Positions 1-11,609 of a stretch of DNA of 63,926 nucleotides are shown piece after piece; within the stretch, counting starts at the first letter, position 1; each line of letters opens with the position of its first letter. The DNA lies in the NCBI RefSeq assembly GCF_001194135.2, contig NC_068990.1, positions 60,309,312 to 60,373,237 of the forward strand, given 5' to 3'. Under the pieces are notes generated by a model. That model searched no databases. It was not told where the DNA came from and saw only the letters and a program-made list of their open reading frames with translations. The position numbers were made by a program, and so were the translations under genes. Source of the stretch: Octopus bimaculoides. Taxonomy: Eukaryota.

Positions 1-35
<35 letters not shown>

Positions 36-80
36 TTATGTCTGTGTTTGCCCCCCCCCCACTACCACCACCACTTGACA

Positions 81-165
81 AATGTTATTAATGCATGATT
101 AATTCAAAACAATTTAATAAATATCCATTACATTTGATAGAGTAACCTGAATGCTAAAGGGTTAA
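81..165 (+). mobile_element. piggyBac-type MITE family 1, right-end fragment
   Basis: Ends ...GAATGCTAAAGGG+TTAA (162-165); body matches the copies at 36621-36840 and 37303-37518. Confidence 0.7.
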
Positions 166-187
166 ACGATAGTAAAATAAATTATTC

Positions 188-396
188 CAAATTTTGGCAC
201 AAGGACAGCAATTTCAAGGGAGTGGGTAAGTCAATTACATTGATCCCAGTGTTCAACTGTTACATATTTTATCAACCCTTATAGGATGAAAAGCAAAGTT
301 GATCTTGGCAGAATTTGAACTCGGAACGTAAAGATAGATGTAATGCTGCTAAGTATTTTGCTCGGTGGGCTAACGATTCTGTCAGCTCACCACCTT
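188..396 (-). mobile_element. tRNA-derived SINE with Meta/MESC-like central domain
   Basis: Minus strand shows a tRNA-like head (GAGTTCAAATTC B-box-like), then a CTTTxCxTTTCATCC..GATAAAAT core and a CCTTGTGCCAAAATTTG tail; same family as 37541-37760 and 45283-45722. Confidence 0.75.
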
Positions 397-771
397 AAAT
401 GCCTTATCCATGCATAAATGAACTCAGTCCACATTGGGACACTCTTGTTTAAAAACCCTGAATAAAGGTGCATAGCAGAATAATGTGGGTTGCACATGCA
501 ACTGCACACACTCTGACCAGCAGAAACACATGTCAGTCATTTTTGTAAAACTGTAAATTTGAAGATGTACCGGTCTCTGTATTCTCTTTAATTTTTTTGG
601 AATTATATTCCCAAAAATATTCATAATCCAGCGAAGCGAACCCAGATTTACCCATCAGAAGTACTGCTCATGCTCTCTGGTCCTTGATGCTTCTTACTAC
701 TTGATATGGTTAGCCAGAACCTGGAATATACCTGAGAAGCATCATGGTACCCACCTGGATAATCTTTCCCC

Positions 772-915
772 ATATACTCAAAAGCATGAAATAGGGAGTA
801 ATAAACAGTCCGATAACTGATGAGGGGTTATTTTCTTTTGGTATTTTGTCCCGTACTTTTCTCTTGTATGTTTATGTATTTTTCACTCACTGGTGATGTC
901 CTGTACACAACGTGT
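772..915 (+). mobile_element. Penelope-like terminal repeat fragment
   Basis: Aligns by eye to the minus-strand copies at 6217, 9215, 30725 and 31395 (GAAA..CTGATGA..TGTCCTGTAC); the PLE assignment is inferred from adjacency of the 30.7 kb copy to a GIY-YIG remnant. Confidence 0.5.
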
Positions 916-930
916 ATTTTATATATATAT

Positions 931-1234
931 NNNNNNNNNNNNNNNNNNNNNNNNNNNNNNNNNNNNNNNNNNNNNNNNNNNNNNNNNNNNNNNNNNNNNN
1001 NNNNNNNNNNNNNNNNNNNNNNNNNNNNNNNNNNNNNNNNNNNNNNNNNNNNNNNNNNNNNNNNNNNNNNNNNNNNNNNNNNNNNNNNNNNNNNNNNNNN
1101 NNNNNNNNNNNNNNNNNNNNNNNNNNNNNNNNNNNNNNNNNNNNNNNNNNNNNNNNNNNNNNNNNNNNNNNNNNNNNNNNNNNNNNNNNNNNNNNNNNNN
1201 NNNNNNNNNNNNNNNNNNNNNNNNNNNNNNNNNN
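931..1234. other. assembly gap (first of 13: 931-1234, 2226-3212, 3988-4097, 5912-6216, 13854-14738, 20973-21014, 22034-22252, 29261-29840, 33975-34336, 48755-48931, 49355-49717, 50787-51543, 58506-58623)
   Basis: N runs, seen directly. Confidence 0.98.
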
Positions 1235-1384
1235 ATAGTCATAAATGACAGTAATAGTTTGAATGAAATTTTCTTTAACAATAAGAAAATTCTAATATCA
1301 TGACAATACTTCCGTGCCTGCATTAAAGCAAAACGCAAAAGATTCTTCAAAATAATTCTGATTTTAGGCTACTTATATATATAT

Positions 1385-2120
1385 AGTGTAGTGGGTGCTT
1401 TTTACATGCCACTGGCATGGGAGCCAGTCAGGTGGAACTGGCATTGACCATGTTCGGATGGTACCTTTTACATGCCACCGACACAAGAGTCAGTTGGTGG
1501 TGGTGGTGGGGGGGGGGAACTGGCATTGACCACATTTGGATGGGTTTTTTATGTACCACCGACACAGGGAGCCAGTCAGGCGGCACTAGCAACAGCTACA
1601 ACTACAATTTCCATTTTGATTTCAACCTTGACTTGCTTTGATTTTGATTTTTGATTTTACTTGACTCAGTAGGTCTTCTCAAGTGCAGCATATAACCTGA
1701 TGATTCAAGGGTACTTTTAAAATGGGTTGGTTATGCGACACTGGTATAGGCTACGGTTATGATCTCACTTTACTTGCTGGGTCTTCTCAATCGCAGCATA
1801 TCTCCAAAGGTCTCAGTCTCTTGTCATTGCTTCTGTGAGGTCCAACATTCGAAGGTTGTGCTTCACCACCTCATCCCATGTCTTCCTGGGTATCCCTCTC
1901 CCATGGGTTCCTTCTACTGTTGGGGTGTGACACTTCTTCACACAGTTCTCCTCATCCATACGCAGCACATGACCATACCAGCACAGTCGTCTCTCTTGCA
2001 CACCACATCTGATGCTTCTTATGTCTAACATTTCTCTCAGGGCACTTACACTCTGTTGTGTGTGCACACTGACATTACACATCCAGCGGATCATACTAAC
2101 TTCATTTCTTTCAAGCTTAT
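1385..2120 (-). mobile_element. RTE-clade LINE 3' fragment (RT C-terminus plus 3' UTR)
   Basis: ORF 1813-2139 reads KLERNEVSMIRWMCNV..IRCGVQERRLCWYGHVLRMDE..GRGIPRKTWDEVV, the typical RTE C-terminal RRLxWxGHVxRM/GRPxKTW motifs; the UTR has ~70 bp internal repeats. Confidence 0.9.
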
Positions 2121-2187
2121 TTATATACACAAAAGTCATGGCCCATGTTTATATGTATGTGTATATATATATATATGTCCATATACC

Positions 2188-2225
<38 letters not shown>

Positions 2226-3334
2226 NNNNNNNNNNNNNNNNNNNNNNNNNNNNNNNNNNNNNNNNNNNNNNNNNNNNNNNNNNNNNNNNNNNNNNNNNNN
2301 NNNNNNNNNNNNNNNNNNNNNNNNNNNNNNNNNNNNNNNNNNNNNNNNNNNNNNNNNNNNNNNNNNNNNNNNNNNNNNNNNNNNNNNNNNNNNNNNNNNN
2401 NNNNNNNNNNNNNNNNNNNNNNNNNNNNNNNNNNNNNNNNNNNNNNNNNNNNNNNNNNNNNNNNNNNNNNNNNNNNNNNNNNNNNNNNNNNNNNNNNNNN
2501 NNNNNNNNNNNNNNNNNNNNNNNNNNNNNNNNNNNNNNNNNNNNNNNNNNNNNNNNNNNNNNNNNNNNNNNNNNNNNNNNNNNNNNNNNNNNNNNNNNNN
2601 NNNNNNNNNNNNNNNNNNNNNNNNNNNNNNNNNNNNNNNNNNNNNNNNNNNNNNNNNNNNNNNNNNNNNNNNNNNNNNNNNNNNNNNNNNNNNNNNNNNN
2701 NNNNNNNNNNNNNNNNNNNNNNNNNNNNNNNNNNNNNNNNNNNNNNNNNNNNNNNNNNNNNNNNNNNNNNNNNNNNNNNNNNNNNNNNNNNNNNNNNNNN
2801 NNNNNNNNNNNNNNNNNNNNNNNNNNNNNNNNNNNNNNNNNNNNNNNNNNNNNNNNNNNNNNNNNNNNNNNNNNNNNNNNNNNNNNNNNNNNNNNNNNNN
2901 NNNNNNNNNNNNNNNNNNNNNNNNNNNNNNNNNNNNNNNNNNNNNNNNNNNNNNNNNNNNNNNNNNNNNNNNNNNNNNNNNNNNNNNNNNNNNNNNNNNN
3001 NNNNNNNNNNNNNNNNNNNNNNNNNNNNNNNNNNNNNNNNNNNNNNNNNNNNNNNNNNNNNNNNNNNNNNNNNNNNNNNNNNNNNNNNNNNNNNNNNNNN
3101 NNNNNNNNNNNNNNNNNNNNNNNNNNNNNNNNNNNNNNNNNNNNNNNNNNNNNNNNNNNNNNNNNNNNNNNNNNNNNNNNNNNNNNNNNNNNNNNNNNNN
3201 NNNNNNNNNNNNAAACTTTATATAAATTGACATTGAAATTTAGTGAAAATGAATAATGTTTAGATAAAGTGATGGTAAGATTCTTTAAACTTTTCAAATA
3301 TATTGAACGAGACATTTGGTATTATGTCATGCTT

Positions 3335-3485
3335 GAGAAGGTGGTTGGCATCAGGAAGGGCATCAAGTCATAGAAACCATAACAAATCAGATTGGGGTCT
3401 GATGAAGCCTTCCAGCTTGACAGCCCTGGTCAAAACCATGCAACCCATGCCAGCATGGACAACAGATATTAAATGATGATGATGA

Positions 3486-3488
<3 letters not shown>
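3335..3488 (+). mobile_element. RTE-tail SINE/LINE 3' end with (GAT)n tail (family B)
   Basis: GTGGTTGGCATCAGGAAGGGCATC..CCATGCCAGCATGGA..GATGATGAT, followed by (TG)n. Confidence 0.8.
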
Positions 3489-3538
<50 letters not shown>

Positions 3539-4296
3539 TCTTTTTGGGATATATGATGCATTGACAAGATATATACAAAAATATATATATATATATACAT
3601 ACATATTAGGCACAGATTGTCAGTAATTACTCAGGGTAGGTACCTGGTGACCTTTATGTAGTAAAACACAAAAAATAAGTGAAACACAGGCGTGTAAATG
3701 AGTTAAAGGCAGATTTACTTCTGCCATTATAGCTTGTAAAGAAAATGGCATTGTAGGAGTGTACACAGCATGTGTACTATAGTAGTACTATGCATAGCTT
3801 AAATACTGAGATTGAAAAGCAGGGGCGAATCATGCCTACTTAATCCACAAAAAAATAAAATATTTTGCATTTTATGCATACTAATCAGTGTAACCTTCAT
3901 AACTTTATTGAATTAGGTGCATAATTTACCATACATACATACATACATACATACATACATGCATATATATATATATATATATATATANNNNNNNNNNNNN
4001 NNNNNNNNNNNNNNNNNNNNNNNNNNNNNNNNNNNNNNNNNNNNNNNNNNNNNNNNNNNNNNNNNNNNNNNNNNNNNNNNNNNNNNNNNNNNNNNNNTAT
4101 ACATACATAAATATATGTATAGACATAAATATATACATGTGTGTGTGTGTCTCTGTGTCTGTGTGTATGTATATGTAGTTAATGATAAGTGACTCTTATA
4201 AGACTAATTCTGTTGCATTATAGGAATACTTTTACTTAATGTAACAAATTCCAACTTTGTGATTCCTTTCTTTTCTAATAGAATGTCAAACTAAAA

Positions 4297-4336
<40 letters not shown>

Positions 4337-4509
4337 GCAGAGAGAGGAAGAGAGGTATAGTCAGATATTTAAACACTTATTTTTCTTTCTCTCTCTCTCT
4401 CTCTTTATCTATCTATCTATCTAGTTATCTCTGAAATACTTTTCACCTCTCTTTTGATTCAACCAAATATTTTCCTCTATTACATTTTTACATATTAACT
4501 AAAGTGCAG

Positions 4510-4597
4510 TCCTTCATAAGGGATATCAAGAAGAAAATGAAAAACTACATCAAGAGAAATATGACATCAATTTAGAAAAAGAAGAAAACAAAAATAA
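4510..4597 (+). CDS. candidate isolated internal exon (xLHKGYQEENEKLHQEKYDINLEKEENKN), unverified
   Basis: TGCAG acceptor after a pyrimidine-rich tract, GTAAGG donor at 4598, open frame over 88 bp; no homology recognised. Confidence 0.3.
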
Positions 4598-5059
4598 GTA
4601 AGGTTTGAAGGTAAAGCTAGTCAGAGATTAGGCCATCTAGAGCAAAATATCATTTCAGATGATATTAAAATAATCAAGAACTAATAAAGGTTAAAAGTAA
4701 TTCAACACCAACTATGTCGACTATAATGCATGAAATGCGGAAAAAAATTAAATTTAAGAAAACTTCTACCTGTTAATTGTCTGAAATATCCATTAAGGGA
4801 ATAAAGATGTCATAATTTTAGTTTTAAAAGCTAAAGTATTCTTTAAGAATGGGTCTCATCAGTACATTTTCCTATCAATTAATTACTTAATTGCCTAATT
4901 ACCAAACAGTTTCAGTGCTTTTGTGTCATTAAATTTCTTGGTTTGATGAGAAAATGTTTTAATATTTTAAATATTTTCCTCTTAAGCAAAGCTGAAACAT
5001 TATTTGTTTTTGTTGTTGTTTTCCTAAGTTTAATATTACTAGCCAGAAAACATGGTGTG

Positions 5060-5099
<40 letters not shown>

Positions 5100-5244
5100 G
5101 GTGGGTGGGGGTAGATGGAGTAGGAGTGGCAGCTTAGTGTTAACTTAGGTGGATTGGTAGATTAAGGCATTCAGTTTGAAACTTTTTCAGCATTTACATG
5201 TTTAATCACTCGTAAACTGCTGAATTTATAGTAGAAGATAACAG

Positions 5245-5570
5245 TGCCACCACCACCACCACCAGCACAACAACAACAACAACTCCTACTACTACTAAAA
5301 CTACTACTACTACTACTACTACAACGAAAAAAGAACAACAACAGCAACTACTACTGCTATTACTACTACTATCACATCTACTACTATTACTACTACTACA
5401 GCTGCTGCTGCTACTGCTACTACTACCACCACCACCACCACAACAACAACAACAACAGCAACTGCCACCACCACTGCTACTGTTGTTGTCACTGTTACAG
5501 TTGCTGCCACTGTCACTCCTCCTCCTCCTCCTACTACTACTTCTATATCATTTGTGTTGTTGTTGTTGCT
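5245..5570. repeat. compound trinucleotide repeat (CCA/CAA/CTA/CTG/CCT)n
   Basis: Seen directly. Confidence 0.95.
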
Positions 5571-5692
5571 GACCTCCATTCAAGGTGCAAGCCCTTGAAA
5601 ATCCCCTTCCCTACTCTGCCCTTGGATCTGGTCTGAGACATTTCTTAAACAGTCACTTAATATGCTAGAAATAACAGCCAAATATATAAATG

Positions 5693-5865
5693 TATAGGTA
5701 CAGGTGTGGCTGTGTGGTAAGAAGCTTGTTTCCTCGTCAGATGGTTCCAGCTTTGGTTCCAATGCATGGCACTTTGGGCAAGTGTCTTCTACTATAGCCT
5801 TGGACCAACAAAAGCCTTGTGAGTGGATTTAGTAGACAGAATCTGAAAGAAGCCTGTTGTATATA
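5693..5865 (+). mobile_element. tRNA-derived CORE-like SINE family A, 5' half
   Basis: GGCTGTGTGGTAAG..GCACTTTGGGCAAGTGTCTT..GAAAGAAGCC, then TA/TACA repeats. Confidence 0.85.
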
Positions 5866-5879
5866 TACATATAAACATG

Positions 5880-5911
<32 letters not shown>

Positions 5912-6216
5912 NNNNNNNNNNNNNNNNNNNNNNNNNNNNNNNNNNNNNNNNNNNNNNNNNNNNNNNNNNNNNNNNNNNNNNNNNNNNNNNNNNNNNNNNN
6001 NNNNNNNNNNNNNNNNNNNNNNNNNNNNNNNNNNNNNNNNNNNNNNNNNNNNNNNNNNNNNNNNNNNNNNNNNNNNNNNNNNNNNNNNNNNNNNNNNNNN
6101 NNNNNNNNNNNNNNNNNNNNNNNNNNNNNNNNNNNNNNNNNNNNNNNNNNNNNNNNNNNNNNNNNNNNNNNNNNNNNNNNNNNNNNNNNNNNNNNNNNNN
6201 NNNNNNNNNNNNNNNN

Positions 6217-6830
6217 GAAAGAAACAAATGGAAAACAGAACAAGCAACATTAAGAACGACTCTTCATCAGTTGTCAGCTGTTTTTCTATTCCGCATTTCG
6301 AGAAATTCATGACAAGATATTTCTTTGACAAAACAGTTGCTCCCGCAAAGCAAATTAAATAAAATTTGGGATTTTGTGGAGGGTCAAAATTGGTAACAAA
6401 AACAGGACAGGGAAAACACACGGGAAGGGCTGCTAAGCCTAAATGAGGTGAGGTGGTGAACACAGAGGAACAAGCTTGAACAGGAGACAGACAAGAATGC
6501 ATCCAATCCCTGCAGCTCAATCAGAAGGAAAGAAAGAAATTCAAGTTAGGAAAAGAAAGAAAGATGGCTGATGGTCATGTGGGAGTAATGAAAGAGCAAA
6601 GGAAGAAGGGTGAGGGAGAGAGAAGGACAGACAAAGAACGGGGAAGGGGAGAGGAAAAGAATTAAAGAAAAGATGAGAGAGAAAAGAACGAAAGGGGGAG
6701 AAGGGGAGATAAGAAGAATTAGAGAAAGGAAGAGAGAGGAACGAAAGAATAATAGAATAGAAGTGTCACATCAAAATTATTAAGATAAAACTTACTTGGA
6801 AATGGATGGGTGGCGTTCAATCATATAATA
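6217..6830 (-). mobile_element. Penelope-like non-coding terminal/UTR segment (~600 bp)
   Basis: Collinear blocks shared with 30725-31360 (GGAGGGTCAAA.TTGG.AACAAAA.CAGGACAG; GATGGTCA.GTG.GAG.AATGA; AAACTTACTTGGAAATGGATG). Confidence 0.6.
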
Positions 6831-7081
6831 ATATAAATAATATATATATGCATATATACATACATATATGTACATACTTACAAATATATGTATATACATA
6901 TGCATATGTGGGCACAGGGCATCACAGAACATAAACTATATGAAATACGAAAACAACACGAAATAGGAAATGATGTATGTAGGGAGAATAAAGGTTAGAA
7001 TGATTTTGACATTGACATTTGCATGTACAAAACTAGTAACATGTAACAAAGAAAGTTATGATACTGGCATCTTGTTACAAG

Positions 7082-7158
7082 TGGAGGCGCATGGCTTAGT
7101 GGTTAGAGCAGAGGACTCATGGTTGAGGGATTGTGGGTTTGACTCTCAGACTAGGTGA
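7082..7158 (+). mobile_element. tRNA-derived SINE family C head
   Basis: GGCGCATGGCTTAGTGGTTAGAGC A-box and a degenerate B-box; matches the head at 22688. Confidence 0.65.
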
Positions 7159-7159
7159 C

Positions 7160-7469
7160 GTGTCCCTTGAAGAAAAACAAACAACAAAAACAAAAAGATG
7201 CAGTAATTTCATAATTTATTCAACGTGTGAGTTGTGGTTCAATATCTTGTGGGATAAGTGGCAATATTAATGTCTGATTCAGTATAATACTCAAGTGAAA
7301 ACTGAAACTTAATTTTTTTTTTAAAAAAAGCACATCTCCACCATCATCTATCTCTTACCCTCACTCTGTCTCTCTATCACTCTCTCTAACACTAGCTCTC
7401 TTTTCTATCCTTTCTTTTCCAACTGGGGTAGCCAAGTATCTTCTCTGTCAACCTGAAACCAACTGTCAG
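7160..7469. repeat. source of a local permuted duplication (copy at 8540-8876)
   Basis: 7160-7273 is inverted at 8571-8687; 7295-7448 is direct at 8730-8876; 7447-7469 is identical to 8540-8562. Confidence 0.9.
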
Positions 7470-7542
7470 CAATGTGTGTGTTTATGAGTGAAACATCTCA
7501 GTTCCACACGGCTCCGGCAGAAGGTAATGGCGAATTTCTCTC

Positions 7543-7940
7543 TTACTTTTTTACTCTTTTACTTGTTTCAGTCATTTGACTGTGGCCACGCTGGAGCACT
7601 GCCTTTAGTTGAGCAAATCGACCCCAGGACTTATTCTTTGGAAGCCTAGTACTTATTCTATCAGTTTCTTTTGCTGAACTGCTAAGTTACGGGGACGTAA
7701 ACATACCACCATCGGTTGTCAAGCGATGCTGGGGGGAACAAACACAGACATACAAACATATACACACACACACAAACACACACATATATATACATATATA
7801 TACGATGGGCTTCTTTCAGTTTCCGTCTACCAAATCCACTCACAAGGCTTTGGTCGGCCAGAGGCTATAGTAGAAGATACTTGCCCAAGGTGCCACACAG
7901 TGGGAATGAACCCAGAACCATGTGGTTGGTAAGCAAGCTG
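7543..7940 (-). mobile_element. SINE family A, near full length (head + microsatellite + tail)
   Basis: Both halves are present, separated by a (CA)/(TA) repeat. Confidence 0.9.
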
Positions 7941-8284
7941 ACTCTTTCACCACAACTTTCTCTCTCTCTTTCCTCCCGCATCTAGCAGCTCACCTGCAAT
8001 GGACCTGCGTCCCGTTCAAGTGGGGAACCTATATGCCAATGAAAGTGGGAAACTGGCCCTTATGAGCCAGGCGTGGCTTGAGAAGGAACATAACAACAAC
8101 AACAACAACAAACATCTTGTTACTGTTGTGGCATACCATGGAACAACTCAGGAAGCGATTAGGTTATATGTTCAATATCAGTTAATCATTTAGTATTGAA
8201 TTTTGATTGCTGCCTTGGGTCTGCAATACAAATATATCTCCAATCTCGGAAACAGCAGCAATGAAAAGTGGACATACAATGAGT

Positions 8285-8475
8285 GGGTGGAGGAGGCGAT
8301 GGTGGTTGTGTTGTTGTTGTGGTTGGTGGTGGTGGTGGCAGCAGCAGTGATGTTGGTGGTGGTGTGCTATCAGGGGTGGGAGTGGTGTGCTGTTGGTGGT
8401 GGTGATGGTGGTGGTGGTGGTGGTGGCAGCAGTGGCAGTGGCAGATGTGACAGTGGTGGTGGTAGTGGTGGTGAT
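8285..8475. repeat. compound (GGT/TGT/GCA)n repeat
   Basis: Seen directly. Confidence 0.95.
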
Positions 8476-9214
8476 GCATATAAATAACCTCTTAACCTGG
8501 TAGTTTGATGTGACATCTGAAGGTGTTGCCACTACTTCAGTCAACCTGAAACCAACTGTCAGTGAACCATACATTAATATTGCCACTTATCCCACTAGAT
8601 ATTGAACCACAACTCTCACATAGAATAAATTATGAAATTTCTTCATCTTTTTGTTTTTGTTGTTGTTTATTTTTCTTCAAGGGACACAAGAAAACAATAA
8701 GAACAACAATAAAAAAATATAATATTTAGGTGAAAACTGAAACTTAATTTTAAAAAAAAACATCTCCACCATCATCTATTGCTTGCCCTCACTCTACCTC
8801 TCTATCTTTCTCTGTAACACTATCTCTCTTTTCTATCTTTTCTTTTCCAACTGGGGCAGCCAAATATCTTCTCTGTAGAAAAACAACTATTTCTATCCCT
8901 CTATCCATACTTTAACCCAACATTTCTCAACCGGGATTCCCCAGAACCCTAATGTTCCGCAAAAGGTTCCTAGGGGTTCCTCGAGAAAGAGAGAGATAAA
9001 GCTAATGCTAATTTTATGATTGTAATATTACTATACATGCACAACATATTATTGGCTATTGTAATATTGTAATATAGACATCATCCTGTCTAACCTGTTA
9101 TGCTGTCAAAAAAATATAACAACCATATATATATATATATATATATAATACAAATATGTGAGTATATGCATATATACGTACATGTATGTACATACCTACA
9201 TCTACATGTATATA

Positions 9215-9630
9215 TAGATGCATATCTGGGTACAGGACGCCACAAGAAAACGTGGGTAAAATGAGAAACAGAACATATACAGAGTACAGAAAACACAGGC
9301 CACATAGAGAACATTTCTTTCATCAGCTGCCACCATTCTAAAACTAAGCGTTTCGAAGAGTTAGGGCAGGACGCATTGTTAGAATGGTTCTTCCTGCAGA
9401 AACAAATTAAATTTGTAACGCAGAGGAATATAGTGGCGAACAGAAAACATGACAAGAAAATGAAAAAGTGAAAATAAACAAGAAGAGCTATAAGGTCAAA
9501 CGTGAAAAAAAATATATATGTATACGGAACGCTGTGATGTGATGAACTTAAAGGAAGAGAGAAGAAGAAAGTTCGTGCGAGCTTGGCAATAGCCAAGATA
9601 AGAAAGGATGTAGGAGCCAGACACATGTGA
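9215..9630 (-). mobile_element. Penelope-like terminal repeat (diverged subfamily)
   Basis: Minus strand reads CTCTTCGAAACGC..GCAGCTGATGAAAG..GGCGTCCTGTACCC, similar to the other copies. Confidence 0.5.
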
Positions 9631-9824
9631 CCAGCGAGGGGTAAGGAGAAAGAGTAGTAGAGAGAGTATTTTATAGATGGGTTGACTTTTATTTTTATTT
9701 CATGACCATTGTTGTTTCAGCAAAACAAATGTCCACTAAGCATTTTTGAAGAAGTTATGTTGAAAGCATTATTTCTTTGATGAAGCAAGCAAATATTCAC
9801 TTTATTGAAATAATGGTAACATCA

Positions 9825-10110
9825 TTACCATCATCATCATCAGCAGCAGCAGCAGTTGCAGTAGCATTTAACACCCGTTTTCTATGCTGTCATGGGTTGA
9901 ATGGTTTGACAAGAGCTGGTAAGCCAAGGAGCTGCCCCAGGCTCCAATGGTCTGTTTTGGCAGAGTTCCTATGGTTGGATGTCCTTAACACCTAACACTC
10001 TACAGAGTGTATTGGGTGCTTTTTAAGTGGTACTGGTACAGGTGTGTCTTTACATGGCACCAACGCCAATAGGGTCACCAAGTCACTTGCAAGATAAAGA
10101 CCACTTGAGA
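9825..10110 (-). mobile_element. family B RTE-tail repeat
   Basis: Reverse complement of the AAGCACCCAATACACTCT..GTTAAGGACATCCAACC..CATGACAGCAT tail, with (CAT)n. Confidence 0.75.
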
Positions 10111-10689
10111 GAATGGGTGGAACCGAGGAAAGTGGCTGTGTGCCAAGCAAGAAGTGAGAGCATGATAGAAGGACAGAGATGGTTGTCTAACTAGAGAGGA
10201 AATACTTGGCTACTCCAACAGAACAAGGAAATAGAAGGAAGGTGGCAGAGAGTTAGAGAGGTAGGTAGAGAGACAATCAAAGAGAGAGAGAGAGAGAGAG
10301 AGAGAAATAGATGGTGCTGGAGATATATTGGAGTCTACCCGCAGTGAACAGTGATGGCAGCATTTTTAGTAGTACAGATGGGATAGAGGGGGCTGTTCCA
10401 TGAGAATGTGAGGGGTGGTATTTAGAGATGGGAGGAAAATATGACTATAGCAAGTAATGGTGAGGTAAATTGTAAATATGTCTTTCATAAATCGATATTT
10501 AACCACTCATTTACAACATTGTAAATCTTTAATCACCTAACCATGACATACCTCACATTAAAAAAAATGTTGCCGTCTATCTGAAGCCTGGAGGCTCATT
10601 AGACTTGAGTTCATTTGAATTTCTGAGGCATTAAGTGACTGAGAGTAATTAGATTCTATCTTGGATGGTAAAGGTAAAAGTAAATTTAC

Positions 10690-10930
10690 CTTCTTGAGTC
10701 GTGCCAACTCATAAAGGCCAGTTTCACAGTTTCGTGGTATATATATTTCCCTTCTGGACGGGAAGCTGCTGCATCACAGGGTTACTCATTTTTGCCAGCT
10801 GAGTGGGCTAGAGCAACGTGAAATGAAGTGTTTTGTTCAAGAACACAATGTGTTGCCTGATCTGGGAATCAAAACCACAATCTTACGATCACAAGTTCAA
10901 CACTCTAGCCACTAAGCCATGCACCTCCAC
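10690..10930 (-). mobile_element. tRNA-derived SINE fragment
   Basis: Head CATGGCTTAGTGGCTAGAGTG on the minus strand; body similar to 52440-52560. Confidence 0.6.
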
Positions 10931-11255
10931 AGCCCTGTACAGATGCCAGTCTTTTGCAATGTTAACTCCCAGCTGCTATTGGTACTCATTATCAGTTAAG
11001 TGGACTAAAACTTTGAAATGAAGTTTCTTGCTCAAGGATCCAATCTACTGTTCAGTTTAGAATCGAACTAATGATCTTACTATTGTGAATCAAACAACCT
11101 AACCACTTTTGGTCACAGTACTGAAGTACTGGAGCAGTAGTCCTTAATCACATAATCACAACTCCTTGAATCTTTAACCACACAGAGTCTACTAGCTCTT
11201 AGTGCTTCTCAACCAAGATCTATTACGACATTTGGAAGTCTATATAAGTGGAGGT

Positions 11256-11609
11256 CCATAAAGGGTAAAGACCCCCACCTTTGGTCACAAATGACTATGT
11301 GGTTGCACCTAGAAATCTACCCTCAAAAGCACAAGTTCTGGCAAGGTTGTTTTTGGAAAACCAACAATTTCCCATGCATGCATACCTGCTTCCTCTCTCC
11401 ATGCCACTGAAGTAATCCAAGTGAAAGGCAAAGGATAATATAGCTTGGCACCAGTGTTGTTGCAACTCATTTTTACAGCTGAGTGAACTGGAGCAACATG
11501 AAATAAAGCATTTTGCTCAAGAACACAATAGAGCCAGGTTCGGGAATCGAACTCACTACCTTATGATTGTAAGCCTGATGCTCTAACCACTGAGCCATGT
11601 GCCTTCACC
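11256..11609 (-). mobile_element. SINE family C, full length, nested in the hAT MITE
   Basis: Reverse complement of the 22688-23021 copy; flanked by a 10 bp direct repeat AAGTGGAGGT (11246-11255, 11610-11619), a putative TSD. Confidence 0.8.

Noticed and set aside
5244-5636. Poly-P/Q/L/Y/H ORFs here and at 8182-8586, 46762-47157 and 62343-62613
   Set aside because: Translations of triplet microsatellites; no start context or domain
7082-7158. tRNA-like sequences (also 22688, 34600-34680, 43020, 44845)
   Set aside because: A/B-box-like heads run into SINE bodies and no full cloverleaf is evident; these are SINE heads, not tRNA genes
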